A stretch of DNA of 35,382 nt from Chiloscyllium plagiosum (Eukaryota). Below the pieces are notes generated by a model. That model worked only from the letters and a program-made list of their open reading frames with translations. It did no database searches and had not been told where the DNA came from. A program made the position numbers and the translations under genes. This document shows, in pieces, positions 1-10,836 of this stretch. How positions within the stretch are numbered: position 1 is the first letter of the stretch; every line of letters begins with the position of its first letter. Location of the stretch: positions 13,815,105 through 13,850,486 of the forward strand of contig NC_057719.1 in NCBI RefSeq assembly GCF_004010195.1. The letters run 5' to 3'.

Positions 1-250
1 CCACCCCACTCCAGCCTATCACCCTCACCTTGACCTCCCTCCACTATCGCATTTCCAACGCCCCTCCCCCAAGTCCCTCCTCCCTACCTTTTATCTTAGC
101 CTGCTGGACACACTTTCCTCATTCCTGAAGAAGGGCTTATGCCCGAAACGTCGATTCTCCTGTTCCTTGGATGCTGCCTGACCTGCTGCGCATTTCCAGC
201 AATACATTTTCAGCTCTGATCTCCAGCATCTGCAGCCCTCACTTTCTCTC
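1..250 (+). mobile_element. Penelope-like element 3' terminus (pLTR), family A
   Basis: Near-identical to 21060-21290, which directly follows a GIY-YIG coding region; contains an HHR-like core. Confidence 0.85.
121..156 (+). ncRNA. Minimal type I hammerhead ribozyme motif (PLE family A)
   Basis: attc-CTGAAGA-a-gggc-ttat-gccc-GAAA-CG-TC-gatt: both core boxes, 4-bp stem II, ACGT palindrome replacing stem III; stem I is weak (one T-T mismatch). Confidence 0.65.
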
Positions 251-586
251 GAAGATATCCTAGCATTCTCTTGTGTTCGAACTACCTTTAAAAGCACTGT
301 CAGTCTGAAGCTGCTCTGTACAGTTGCTGGCAGATATGACAGACAGGGAGAAAATGGGTCCCTGCTTTGGACTGGATGCAGCCAACAAAGGATTCCCTCT
401 TCCCCTAGTGCTAGCCATAGAGGCCATGACACTAGACTATGATAACTTGATCCAAGCTTACCACACAGGTCAGCATACTCTCAGCCATTGGAGGAATGCT
501 TAGCACTGTCAGATGAAGATCAATGTCCTTCTCCACTCTGCCAGCATTAGTGCCACTACCTTCTCTCCAATATTTCACACTCACTG

Positions 587-945
587 GAGAATTGAATTGA
601 ATTGAACTTATTGTCACGTGTACAGTGAAAAACTTTGTCCTGTGAGCAATACAGGCAGATCACAGAGTTAAGTAGCATAGATAAGTCAATGATAAGTAAA
701 CAGCGGCGAAAACGAAACACAGGTACAGGCGAATGCTAAGAGTTTGTGAGTCCATTCAGTATTCTAACAATAGGAGGGTAGGTTTGAGGATCAGAGGAGC
801 TTTAAACCTGTGAGTTTAGATAAAACAGTTATTAGTAACTTTTAAAAGTATGCTATTAAGTTTAAAGAGTGTAGAACGATTGTAGGAAATAGGAAACTTT
901 GATCTGCACGCCGAAGCTCCACCATATCCAACGCCATCTTGCAAA
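587..945 (-). repeat. Unclassified short retroposon-like repeat with (TTCAA)n tail
   Basis: GAATT repeats at 588-607 next to 'ttattgtcacgtgtac' read as a 3' end on the minus strand; CAAGATGGCG at the far end; similar layout at 32595-33050. Confidence 0.4.
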
Positions 946-1029
946 CTTAACCATAAATAAGGTGCCATTTGGCTTATCTTGTCCATGTTGACTCAAAGAC
1001 ACCCAGATGCTCTTTCTAATCCCATCTTC

Positions 1030-1135
1030 CTGCACTGAAGAAGGGTCACTGGACTTGAAACGTTACCTCTGCTTTCTCTCCACAGATGCTTCCAGACCCT
1101 CAGAGATTCTCCTGGTAATTTCTATTTTTGTTTGT
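1030..1135 (+). mobile_element. PLE terminus fragment (family C) with HHR core
   Basis: CTGAAGA-agggtc-actg-gactt-GAAACGTT followed by 'ctctccacagatgct', a tail shared with 7590-7780, 17545-17630 and 30220-30320. Confidence 0.6.
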
Positions 1136-1217
1136 GGCAGTATTGTGAGCCCTCTATCTCTGGCTAAGTGCAAACAGACAAGGCAAGGCAATGCAAGGCA
1201 GGGACGTTGGGTACATT

Positions 1218-1395
1218 AAGTGTATTCAAGGCTGTGATAGGCAGACTTGTAATCAGTACAGGAGTCATGGGTTAAGAGGAAAAAGGCAGTAAAGTGGAGT
1301 TGAGGATTATCATGATGATCAGCCATGATCTCTTTGAATGGCAGTACAGACTCGATGGGCTGAATGGCCTACTCCTGCTTCTATGCCTTATGGTT
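1218..1395 (+). mobile_element. CR1 LINE 3' end
   Basis: 'gatgggctgaatggcctactcctgcttctat' terminal motif, also seen at 28840-28890. Confidence 0.7.
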
Positions 1396-1502
1396 TTGAT
1401 TTTGTTTAACATCACTAATAGATTGACAATGGCACGTTGTTCAAGACCTTTGCTATTGAGTTAGCATTAATGTGTATTAATGCGTTCCCACCTTGACTCC
1501 AA

Positions 1503-1775
1503 TCATTCCATACACACACCACCCTCTGTGTGAAAAAGTTGCCCCTTAGGTCCTCTTTAAATAATTCCCCTCTCACCTTAAACCTATGCCCTCTAGTTTT
1601 GGACTCCCCCACCCCAAGGAAAAGACTTTGTCTAGTTACCCTATCTATGCCCCTCATGATTTTATAAACTTCCATAATGTCACCCCTCACCCTCTGATGC
1701 CCCAGGGAAATAGCCCCAGTCTGTTCAGCCTCTCCCTATAGCTCAAACCCTCCAACCATAGCGATATCATTGCAA
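1503..1775 (-). mobile_element. CR1 LINE ORF2 C-terminal fragment
   Basis: Translates RGDIMEVYKIMRGIDRV...TRGHRFKV...NFFTQRVV, the CR1 ORF2 C-terminal signature. Confidence 0.9.
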
Positions 1776-2164
1776 CTATGGTTGCTGCCTAGTTCAGTAA
1801 AATATGAAACACAGCAAAGTGTTGGCTTGCTGACTCTGAGAAAGAGTGAGGAATTTCAATGCCATCTAAATCAATATTCTATCTTTTCTCCTTTTAGTAC
1901 CCTATTCAGTAGCTTTAGCCTCTATTTTTAAAACCTTATTAACCATTTGAGTAAATTATCGTGCTTTCTACCATAGGATCAATTAACCATCTGAGCAGTA
2001 GGTTTACAATTAGTTTTAAATTGATAGTTCCTTTAAATGTGTTTAGTGTTTGCCATTGAGGGGCTAAATGCTGTTTTAACAGAGCTTCAGACTGAGCATT
2101 AATATTGGCAGCCCAGATGTAAATGACAGCGTGCAATTGATGTCACGTGAACATTAATCCTTGA

Positions 2165-2785
2165 TAGCTGACTCCCTGAAATGGAGAAGGTGTTTAGTAC
2201 GCTTACGTTTATTGGTCAGTGCATTAAGTAAAGGAGTTGGGAGGTCATTTTGTAGTTGTACAGGACATTATTTAGGCCACTTGTGGAATACTGCATGCAA
2301 ATCCAGTCTCTCTGCTATAGGAAGGATGTTTTTGAACTTGAAAGGGCTCAGAAATGATTTGCAATGATATCGCTATGGTTAGAGGGTTTGAGCTATAGGG
2401 AGAGGTGACATTATGGAGATTTATAAAATCATGAGGGGCATAGATAGGGTAACTAGACAAGGTCTTTTCCTTGGGGTAGGGGAGTCCAAAACTAGAGGGC
2501 ATAGGTTTAAGGTGAGAGGGAAATTATTTAAAGAGGACCTAAGGGGCAACTTTTTCACACAGAGGGTGGTGTGTGTATGGAATGAGCTGCCAGAAGAAAT
2601 GGTGGAGGTTGGTGCAATGACAACATTTAAATGGCATCTGAATGGGTATATGAATAGGAAGGGTTTAGAGGGATATGGGCCAAGTGTTGGCAAATGGGAC
2701 AAGATTAATTTAGGATATCTGATCAGTATGGACGAATTGGACCAAAGGATTGTTTCCATGCTGTACATCCCAATGACTCTAAGAC
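2165..2785 (+). mobile_element. CR1 LINE 3' fragment (HER1-like)
   Basis: ORF 2413-2805 YKIMRGIDRV...TRGHRFK...FFTQRVVCVWNELP, then the 3' UTR and an ATGACTCT tail. Confidence 0.9.
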
Positions 2786-3117
2786 GACAAAGTTTTTGGC
2801 ACTGAAAATATTGATTGCTGTTAGCGATGCTCTTTGTGAAATGAAAGGCAGTGATGGATTCTTTCTGCAAGTTACAGGATGGTGTTCTCTAGCAGAATGT
2901 GATATAACACTATTTTGTTTTCACTAGGATACCAGCAAAATACTCTGTGTCACACCTTACTGCAGCACTCATTACCACAGCAGTGCTCCCACCTGGGGCA
3001 GGAGTTCACGAATTTGCACGTACAACTAGCTGGACCAGGACAATACAACCTTTCAGCACAGAACACAGACACGTTTCAGCTCCTTTAATAACTGTCACAG
3101 CAGAATTATAGGAACAG

Positions 3118-3321
3118 TGTTGAAGAGTGTGGTGCTGTAAAAGCACAGCCGGACTGGCAGCATCCGAAGAGCAGGAGAGTCAATGTTTCGGGTGTAACTG
3201 TTCATCAGGAACTTGAAATGTCGACTCTCCTGCTCCTCGGATGCTGCCTGACCTACTGTGCTTTTCCAGCACCGCATTCGCGACTCTGATCTCCAGCATC
3301 TGCAGTCCTCATTTTCTCTGC
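3118..3321. mobile_element. Fold-back mini-PLE (inverted pLTR pair)
   Basis: Left half is the reverse complement of the right half; flanked by attataggaacag (3105-3117) and attgtagaaacag (3322-3334). Confidence 0.75.
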
Positions 3322-3354
3322 ATTGTAGAAACAGCCTGAAATGCTTTTGTAACT

Positions 3355-3989
3355 TCTGGGATCTAGATTAGAATGGTGCCGGTAAAGCACAGCAGTTCAG
3401 GCAGCATCCGAGGAGCAGGAAAATCGACGTTTTGCGCAAAAGCCCTTCATCAGGAATACAGGCAGAGTGTCTGCAGAGTGGAGAGATAAATGAGAGGATG
3501 GTGGTGGTGGGGAGAAAGTAGCATAGAATACAACAGGTGAATGGGGGTGGGGATGGAGGTGATAGGTCAGAGAGGAGTGTGAAGTGGACAGGTGGAAAAG
3601 GAAGATAGGCAGGTAGGACAGGTCATGAGGGCGGTGCTAGGGTGAGTTGGGGAAGGGCAAATGAGGAAACTGATGAAATCCACATTGATGGCATGGGATT
3701 GAAGTGTTCCGAGGCGGAAGATGAGGCGTTCTTCCTCCAGGGGTCGGGTGGTGAGGGAACGGCGGTGGAGGATGCCCAGGACCTGCATGTCCTCGGCAGA
3801 GTGGAAGGGGGAGTTGAAACATTGGGCCACAGGGCGGTGGGGTTGATTGGTGCGGGTGCCCCGGAGATGTTCCCTAAAGTGCTCTGCTCGGAGGCGTCCA
3901 ATCTCCCCAATGTAGAGGAGACCATCCTGATGCGGTCTCCTCTACATTGGGGAGACTGGATGCCTCCTAGCAGAGCGCTTTAGGGAACA
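3355..3989 (-). mobile_element. PLE 3' fragment (GIY-YIG end plus pLTR) turning into an inverted copy
   Basis: Minus ORF ...LEEERLIFRLGTLQ...; inverted arms 3868-3923 and 3934-3989; runs into an N gap. Confidence 0.85.
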
Positions 3990-4130
3990 NNNNNNNNNNN
4001 NNNNNNNNNNNNNNNNNNNNNNNNNNNNNNNNNNNNNNNNNNNNNNNNNNNNNNNNNNNNNNNNNNNNNNNNNNNNNNNNNNNNNNNNNNNNNNNNNNNN
4101 NNNNNNNNNNNNNNNNNNNNNNNNNNNNNN
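3990..4130. other. Assembly gap
   Basis: Run of N. Confidence 1.
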
Positions 4131-5049
4131 AAGCTCCCAACTTGGTAGGCAGCATTTCACTCTGATAGATTTACAGTGACACTGCAAGGACAATTAGCCC
4201 TGATGTATGATCTCCAATGCACTTGCACTGCTGGTAATAGAATGGCACTTGGCAGCATTACAAAGAAAGCACTCAAGACAAGCTTGCTATTTTTCCACTT
4301 CCCTGCATCAGCAAGGAGAGGCGGCTGCCAGCATTCAGGGTCAGGGGTGTGCTCATCAACAAGGGGGCAGGTCAATGACCTGGCAATTTGCCATTTGCAC
4401 TCTCACAACCAACTGAGTCGTGTAAAGTTAATTAGAAGTTAGAGTTTCATTATTGAAGGAGAAGAACATCAGATTTCAGCCTACAACAGGAATATCTTGG
4501 TGATTACATCACTGAAGCAGAACAAAGACACAGATATTCAGTTTAACAGCGAACCAAGTGTTTGCATTTGAACCAAGTTTCCCCTATAAAGAGAAAAGGG
4601 TTCAGCACCATATCAGAACTTTTTAAAAAGAATTCTGATCTCTCGTCAAAAGAAAAACAGCTGCTCACTTCAGCATACATGCAAATATGATCTTTTCTTT
4701 CTCAATAGACAACTGGAAAATCTTCATTCATGGCCTGGCATTCCTGATGATAGCTTACATTTTAATTCCAAAACAACTTAATAGACCAGCTAGTGTGAGT
4801 CCTTCTTGAATCAGTCTCCAGATTAAACCAATGGGCGGATACTTCCCAGCCCCCTGAATGCCATGTGCAATGGTGAGTCAGCTCACCAAATCAGTAGAAA
4901 TGAGGTTCGAACTGTCGAGAAAAAATAGACCAATTCTGCAACCAAGTTTTGAGAGTCAAGAATCTCACTAGTGATCTCAACTCAGTGATATATATTATCC
5001 TATTCTACCAGACACAGGACAGTGGCAGGTATAAACCAGACAATGACAA

Positions 5050-5410
5050 TAGCTGACGTGAAAGTCAGAAAGGATACCTGTTGACTCAAGTTGGCTGCTT
5101 GCTGTTCCAGACATGTATGTTCGACAGCAACTCCCAATATTTGTGAGCACACTCCAAAGGTAATAACCTACAACCCATCATGGATGGACATTGACATTGG
5201 ATATCCTCATGGCACAACTGCAAGCCCTCACAATACAGGTCTAATGTAATGTTATACAACTGCTGCATACTGGAGAGAGCCATCACCTTTCATTGTAATG
5301 CTGCTACCTGCACACATTGTACACAGAGGAAAGCAGCCAGCTCATGGATTGGACCAGGGCTCATCTCAGGGCTCCTCTCTTAACGCACGCTCACTTTGCA
5401 CTGACTTGCA
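5050..5410 (+). pseudogene. Possible very decayed PIF/Harbinger transposase relic
   Basis: Ordered frameshifted motifs WMDIDIGYP (5181), YN, ERAI and CCYLHTL resemble HARBI1-type WLLGDxGYP...YN...ERxI...CCxLHN. Confidence 0.3.
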
Positions 5411-5431
5411 TGATCACAATGTCGTTGGTTT

Positions 5432-5660
5432 GTTTTGCCCAACCTTCTAACCCCTCTTCCAGGTCATTTATAAAAATGACAAACAGCAATGGTCCCAAAA
5501 CAGATCCTTGCGGAACACCGCTAGTGACGGCACTCCATGAAGAAACTTTGCCATCAACTACTACCCTCTGTCTTCTTCCATCCAGCCAATTCCTAATCCA
5601 AACCTCCAACTCACCCTCAATGCCATATCTCCGTATTTTCTGCAGTAGCCTACCATGGGG
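5432..5660 (-). mobile_element. CR1 LINE reverse transcriptase fragment
   Basis: [15 protein letters not shown]...[21 protein letters not shown]. Confidence 0.92.
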
Positions 5661-6127
5661 TAAGTCTTGGACGAGGTGGAGGGCGTGGGTGGTGTCTCGA
5701 ACGTATGTGGGGAGTTCCTGGACTAGGGGGGGATAGGAAGTGTCAAGGTAGGTAGAAATGAGTTCAGTGGGGAAGGAGCATGCTGAACATTCTTCTGGGA
5801 GGCTGACCCCATGAAGTATCCCTTTGGGTGAGACAAAACCAATTTTTACTTTCGAGTCTAACTTTTACATCAGAGATATTCATTTCGTGTTACAGTACAA
5901 TATTTTTGTAAACTTGCCTTTTTAATGCATGCGGCAATGAAATTGCTTCCAGATACTGTCAGATCTCGAGTCAGTCCAGCTGTACAAGAATTTAACCAAT
6001 CTGTTTAAAGCTAGTGATCCTTGGAAGAGTTAACCTGAGGTAAACTGTTAGCCTGAGGCACAACAATGGCTAAGGGGCATTTTTGTAGATTGGCAGCATC
6101 CAACTCCTCACCAATAGTTGAGGCAAG

Positions 6128-6597
6128 GTGCTCTTCCAGAGCAAAGAATTGACCCTGACCGAGTGTTGCAGACTGGCACATTCCAAGGTCCAGGAGTATG
6201 CGCTCAGCGATACGTTACAGCTTGGGACAGCTGCTGCCAAGGTGCAGTGAGGAAAGACCACCATCTGAGGTCTTCCAAATGAAATTAATTGGGGGTCTGT
6301 CCATTATCAAACACCCCTCGTGCCACAATGTACGTAAATATAGTCTTGTATGTGTAAGAGATGCCTTTGGTTAGTTGGGATGGAGTCAAACTCAAAGGTT
6401 TGTTTGTTTACTTGATGTGGGACTGTTCAGAACGGAACTGCAGTTGTGATTCTAAATACATATATATGAGCATATCTAAAATGATCAAAAAGAAATCACT
6501 TTTTTATTTTAAAAGTATACTTTTTTCATTTTAAAAAACCTTGTGTCTACACAAAATGACTTTTTATGAATTAAGTACATTTTTGAAATGAAAAGAA
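6128..6597 (+). mobile_element. Tx1/L1-type LINE 3' end
   Basis: 6128-6268 translates VLFQSKELTLTECCRLAHSKVQEYALSDTLQLGTAAAKVQ*GKTTI*, resembling the Tx1 ORF2 C-terminus; A-rich end near 6590. Confidence 0.6.
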
Positions 6598-6609
6598 GTC
6601 TTTCTTTTT

Positions 6610-6775
6610 GATCATTTTAGATAAGCTCATGGATATGCAAGGAATAGAGGAATATGGACCAAAGCTAGATGGAAGGAATGATGACTTTAGTTTGGCGTCA
6701 TGTTTGGCACATCATTGTGGGCCGAATGGCCTGTTCCTGTGCTGTACTGTGGGACATTCTATGTGCTATTTTATG
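6610..6775 (+). mobile_element. CR1 LINE 3' end
   Basis: 'gggccgaatggcctgttcctgtgctgtac...ttctatg' terminal motif. Confidence 0.7.
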
Positions 6776-7282
6776 TCTATCGTGACGTTTGAATTGCATC
6801 TGTCACATGATGTCCCGTATGTAGCATTGCAGGGGAAATGACAGAAGCATGCAGCTAAAATGTGACTCCTGGAGTGTGAGGTGGAACATCAAAAGGATAT
6901 GACAGTTTGGAGCACAGTAGTGGTCATAGAAATGTACCACCTCAGAATAGCTACCAGGCAGAAGGAGATCACTTAGCCTGACATGGCCATTCCAGCTCTC
7001 TGCAATAACAGCTCACTTAGACCCTTTTCTCTTCCTGTTGCCCATAGCCCTGTAAGTTCTTTCCCTGTAGGTTGTTATACAGCACCGTTAGAAACCCTTT
7101 CAGCCTGTGCATCACAAATTGCTGCGAATAAAAGGATCATCTTCGTGTTGTCAATACTTCTTTTGCCTCAGTCAGTGCCCTCTGGTTCTCAATCCTTCTG
7201 GTAGGATCAGTTTCCCTCAGTCTCCTCAGTCTGGTTTCCTTCTGGTTGCAAACGTCTCCATCAAAAATCCTCCAAACATTCA

Positions 7283-7577
7283 TGGCTCAGTGGCTCAGTG
7301 GTTAGCACTGTTGCCTCACAGCACCAGGGACCTGGGTTCAATTCCCACCTTGGGCAACTGCCTGTGTCTGCATGGGTTTCCTCTGGGCGCTCTGGGTTCC
7401 TCCCACAGTCCAAAGATGTGCAGGTTAGGTGAATTGGCCAGGCGAAATTGCCTGTAGTGTTAGGTGCATTAGTTAGCGGAATGGATCTGGGTGGGTTGTT
7501 CTTCGGAGTGTTGGTGTGGACTTGTTGGGCCGAAGGGCCTGTTTCCACACTGTCGGTAATCTTAAAAAACAATCTAA
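7283..7577 (+). mobile_element. HE1-like tRNA-derived V-SINE
   Basis: A box TGGCTCAGTGG, B box GGTTCAATTCC, central 'ttcctcccacagtccaaagatgtgcaggttagg', CR1-derived tail 'gggccgaagggcctgtttccacactg'. Confidence 0.9.
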
Positions 7578-7589
7578 CCCCAGTATCTC

Positions 7590-7782
7590 AAAACGAAAAC
7601 AGAGACATGCTGGAGATCTGAAACCAAAATGGAAATGACTGGCAAAATCCAGCAGCATCTGTGGGAAGAAAGCTGAGTTGATGTTTCGAGTCTGGCGACT
7701 CTTCATCAGAACTCCAGTTAAATCTGTTGTCTTCCCACAGACACTGCCCGACCTGTTGAGTTTCGCCAGCAATTTCTGTCCT
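7590..7782. mobile_element. Fold-back mini-PLE (family C)
   Basis: 'ctggcaaaa...catctgtgggaaga' is inverted against 'tcttcccacagacac...ttcgccag'; HHR core on the minus strand. Confidence 0.65.
7676..7713 (-). ncRNA. Minimal hammerhead ribozyme motif (family C)
   Basis: Minus strand agtt-CTGATGA-a-gagtc-gcca-gactc-GAAA-CA-TC-aact: perfect 4-bp stem I and 5-bp stem II; ACGT palindrome decayed to ACAT. Confidence 0.7.
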
Positions 7783-8519
7783 AAAATATTTGTGTAACGC
7801 AAGCCACTCATTCCTGAAACCTATCTCACAAATCTTTTCAGCAGCCTCTCAAGAATCCTTTCTGAAGTGCAGTGCCCAGAACTGGAAGTCAAAAAAAGTG
7901 TTTTATAAAGATTTGTTATAACTTTTCACCTTGTGCACTCCATGCCTCCCTGTGTGGAACTCAGATGGTCATCTGTCTCTTTAAGCACTCTTTCCACCCG
8001 ACCTGCTACCTATGATTTGTGCACATACACTCACAAAGCTCCATGGTGAATGATATTCTTTTCTTGTACTGTACCTCCTTGTTCTTTTGACCACGATGTA
8101 TTACTGCACTCTTCTCTGAATTACTTTTCATCTGTGGCGTGTCTGCCCTCTCAACAGCCTTTCTGCATCCACTTGATGTCTATCATTATCCTTCTCGAAG
8201 TTCAAATACTTCTGAGTTGTGTGTTACTTGCAAATGTTACATTTTGACTTGTACACTAAAAACTAGACTGTGGTCCTGTGAGATCTACTTTCTTGTGAAT
8301 GAACAGCAATAGATTTTATTGAACATAACTTTTCAGAGGATAATAAGACAGAATATACTGACTGGAACCTGACAGACCCAAATTGCAAATTCATTAAATC
8401 TCATGTCAGTATGACCTTGTTCCTCCCATGCATTTACCCTAGCTGCACACGGTAAATTCTCTCTATTTCGCACGGACTATCGATATACATTGAGAAAAGT
8501 ATTGGACTATTACGTACAT

Positions 8520-8717
8520 TTAGAAATCCCAGTGTTTACCTTCCTCCTGTCCAAAATCACAACAATGCACCACTAATCTCTGTTTCCTGTCAACCTCATA
8601 TCCATGTTGCAACCGGACACACATGCTTCCATGTTTTTTGGAAAGCCTATTAGGTGGCACTTTAACAAATGCCTTTTGGAAGTCAATGTACACAACATCA
8701 ACTACATTACCCTCATT
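8520..8717 (-). mobile_element. Old CR1 RT fragment (continues at about 9920-10020)
   Basis: VDVVYIDFQKAFVKVP...RKQRLVV. Confidence 0.8.
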
Positions 8718-9918
8718 AACATAGAACATAGAACCCTCATTGTTGCGCCATCTTGTGAAACCAATCTGAAACCCACCTCACCTACACTATTCCATTTTTG
8801 TCTGTATACCTATCCAATCACCATTTAAGTGTCCGTAAATTTGAGGAGTCTAAAACTATTGCAGTCAGTGCATCCCATGCCCCTACTACTCTCTGAGTAA
8901 AGAAACTACCTCTGACATCTGTCCTATACATGTCACCTCTCAATTTAAAGCTATGCCCCCTCATGCTCACCGTCCCCATACTTGGAAAAGGCTCTCCCTG
9001 TCCACCCGATCTAACCCTCTGATTATCTTATATGTCTCTATTAAGTCACCTCTCAACCTTCTTCTCTCTAACAAAAACAGTCTCAAGTCCCTCAGCCTTT
9101 CCTCGTAAGACCTTCCCTCCATACCAGGCAACATCCTAGTAAATCTCCTCTGCAGCCGTTCCAAAGCTTCCACATCCTTCTTATAATACGGTGACCAGAA
9201 CTGTACACAATACTCCAAGTGCAGGCGCACCAGAGTTTTGTACAGCTGTAGCATAACATTATGATTCCGGAACTTGATCCCTCTATTAATAAAAGCTAAA
9301 ACACTGTATGCCTTCTTAACAACCCTGTCAACCTGGGTGGCAACTTTCAAGGATCTGTGTACCTGGACCTCTCTGCTCATCTACACTACCAAGAATCTTA
9401 CCCTTAGCCCAGTACTTTGCATTCCGATTACTCCAACCAAAGTGAATCACCTCACAAATGTTCGCATTAAACTCCATTTGCCACCTCTCAGCCCAGTCCT
9501 GCAGCTTATCCACGTTTCTCTGTAACCTACAACATCCTTTGTCACTATCCACAACTCCACCGACCTTAGTGTCGTCTGTAAATTTACTAACCCACCCTTC
9601 TACGCCCTCACCCAGGTCATTTATAAAAATGACGAACCGCAGTGGACCCAACACCGACCCTTACGGTACACCACTGGTAACTGGACTCCAGGATGAACAT
9701 TTCCCATCAACCACCACCCTCTGTCTTCTTTTAGCAAGCCAATTACTGATCCAAACTGCTATATCTCCCACAATCCCATTCCTCTGCATTTTGTACAATA
9801 GCCTACTGTGGGGAACCTTATCGAATGCCTTGCTGAAATCCATATATACCACACCAACCGGTTTACTCTCATCTACCTATTTGGTCACCTTCTTAAAGAA
9901 CTCAATAAGGTTTGTGCT
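8718..9918 (-). mobile_element. Younger 5'-truncated CR1 LINE nested in the older CR1
   Basis: (AACATAG)n tail at 8718-8733; frames VYMDFSKAFDKVPH, SGVP, SKFTDDTKVGG, LEYCVQFWSPY, RGDLIETYKI. Confidence 0.93.
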
Positions 9919-10043
9919 AATTTCCCTTAATAATCTACAAATGTCCAAGTGACTGTTAATTTTGTCTTGAATTTTTGTCATGGTTTCTAATAGCTTTCCC
10001 AGTAAACTGACTGGCTTGGCCCCATGTGCCTTGTTAACATGAT

Positions 10044-10211
10044 GTAAAAACAATGACTGCAGATGCTGGAAACCAGATTCTGGATTAGTGGTGCTGGAAG
10101 AGCACAGCAGTTCAGGCAGCATCCGAGGAGCTTTTGCCCGAAACATCGATTTCGAAGCTCCTTGGATGCTGCCTGAACTGCTGTGCTCTTCCAGCACCAC
10201 TAATCCAGAGT
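10044..10211. mobile_element. Fold-back mini-PLE with 14-bp TSD
   Basis: cttgttaacatgat at 10030-10043 and 10212-10225; internal inverted arms of about 55 bp. Confidence 0.85.
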
Positions 10212-10836
10212 CTTGTTAACATGATACCTATTGTATGCACACTGTATCTGCTGTCCATTACTCTATCGTCAAGTGGTTGCTTTGCATTTCCCCACCTAGT
10301 AGGAATGCAATTCAACTATCTCCTCTTCAATGCTTATCTTCAAACACCTATCTCTCCTTGGGGGATGGTTTGAAGTTCTGGAAGGATTTCAGGCTGAATA
10401 GCAAACTGTCGTTCCACTTTGTGAATTGTCATCTCTGTGGCCAACAAGTTGTGAAGTGGGACTTGAATCTGCTGCCAGTCTGATTCGTAAACAAAGGTGC
10501 TGACATTGCTCCGTTAGAGTTTTGCCTGCCCACCTTTAGTTCAAATCTAGATAACGGAAATGTCAATACATAAGGCCTTTGACGTGAATAAATCAGCATT
10601 CTGGGTCTCCATCTTTATCGCCATCTCTGGGTCAAAACAGAGGATACTGGAAAATGCTACCAGGTCAGGCAGTATATGTGAAGAGAGGGTTGCCATTTTG
10701 AATCCATGGCAACCCTGCTTCGGCTTTACAGTGGGAAGTGCTGGGGGTGTTGAGGAAACTGACAACCTCCCCTTAAGTCTATCACTGACCTGTAATCTCG
10801 GTGGGATCAGAGAATGTGAATTCAACCATACATTTC

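Noticed and set aside
5953..6039. Possible plus-strand exon (cttccag ... gag|gtaaac)
   Set aside because: All three frames hit stops before the donor.
7283..7360. tRNA genes at SINE heads (six copies)
   Set aside because: Each continues into the SINE core and LINE-derived tail, so they are tRNA-derived rather than tRNA genes.
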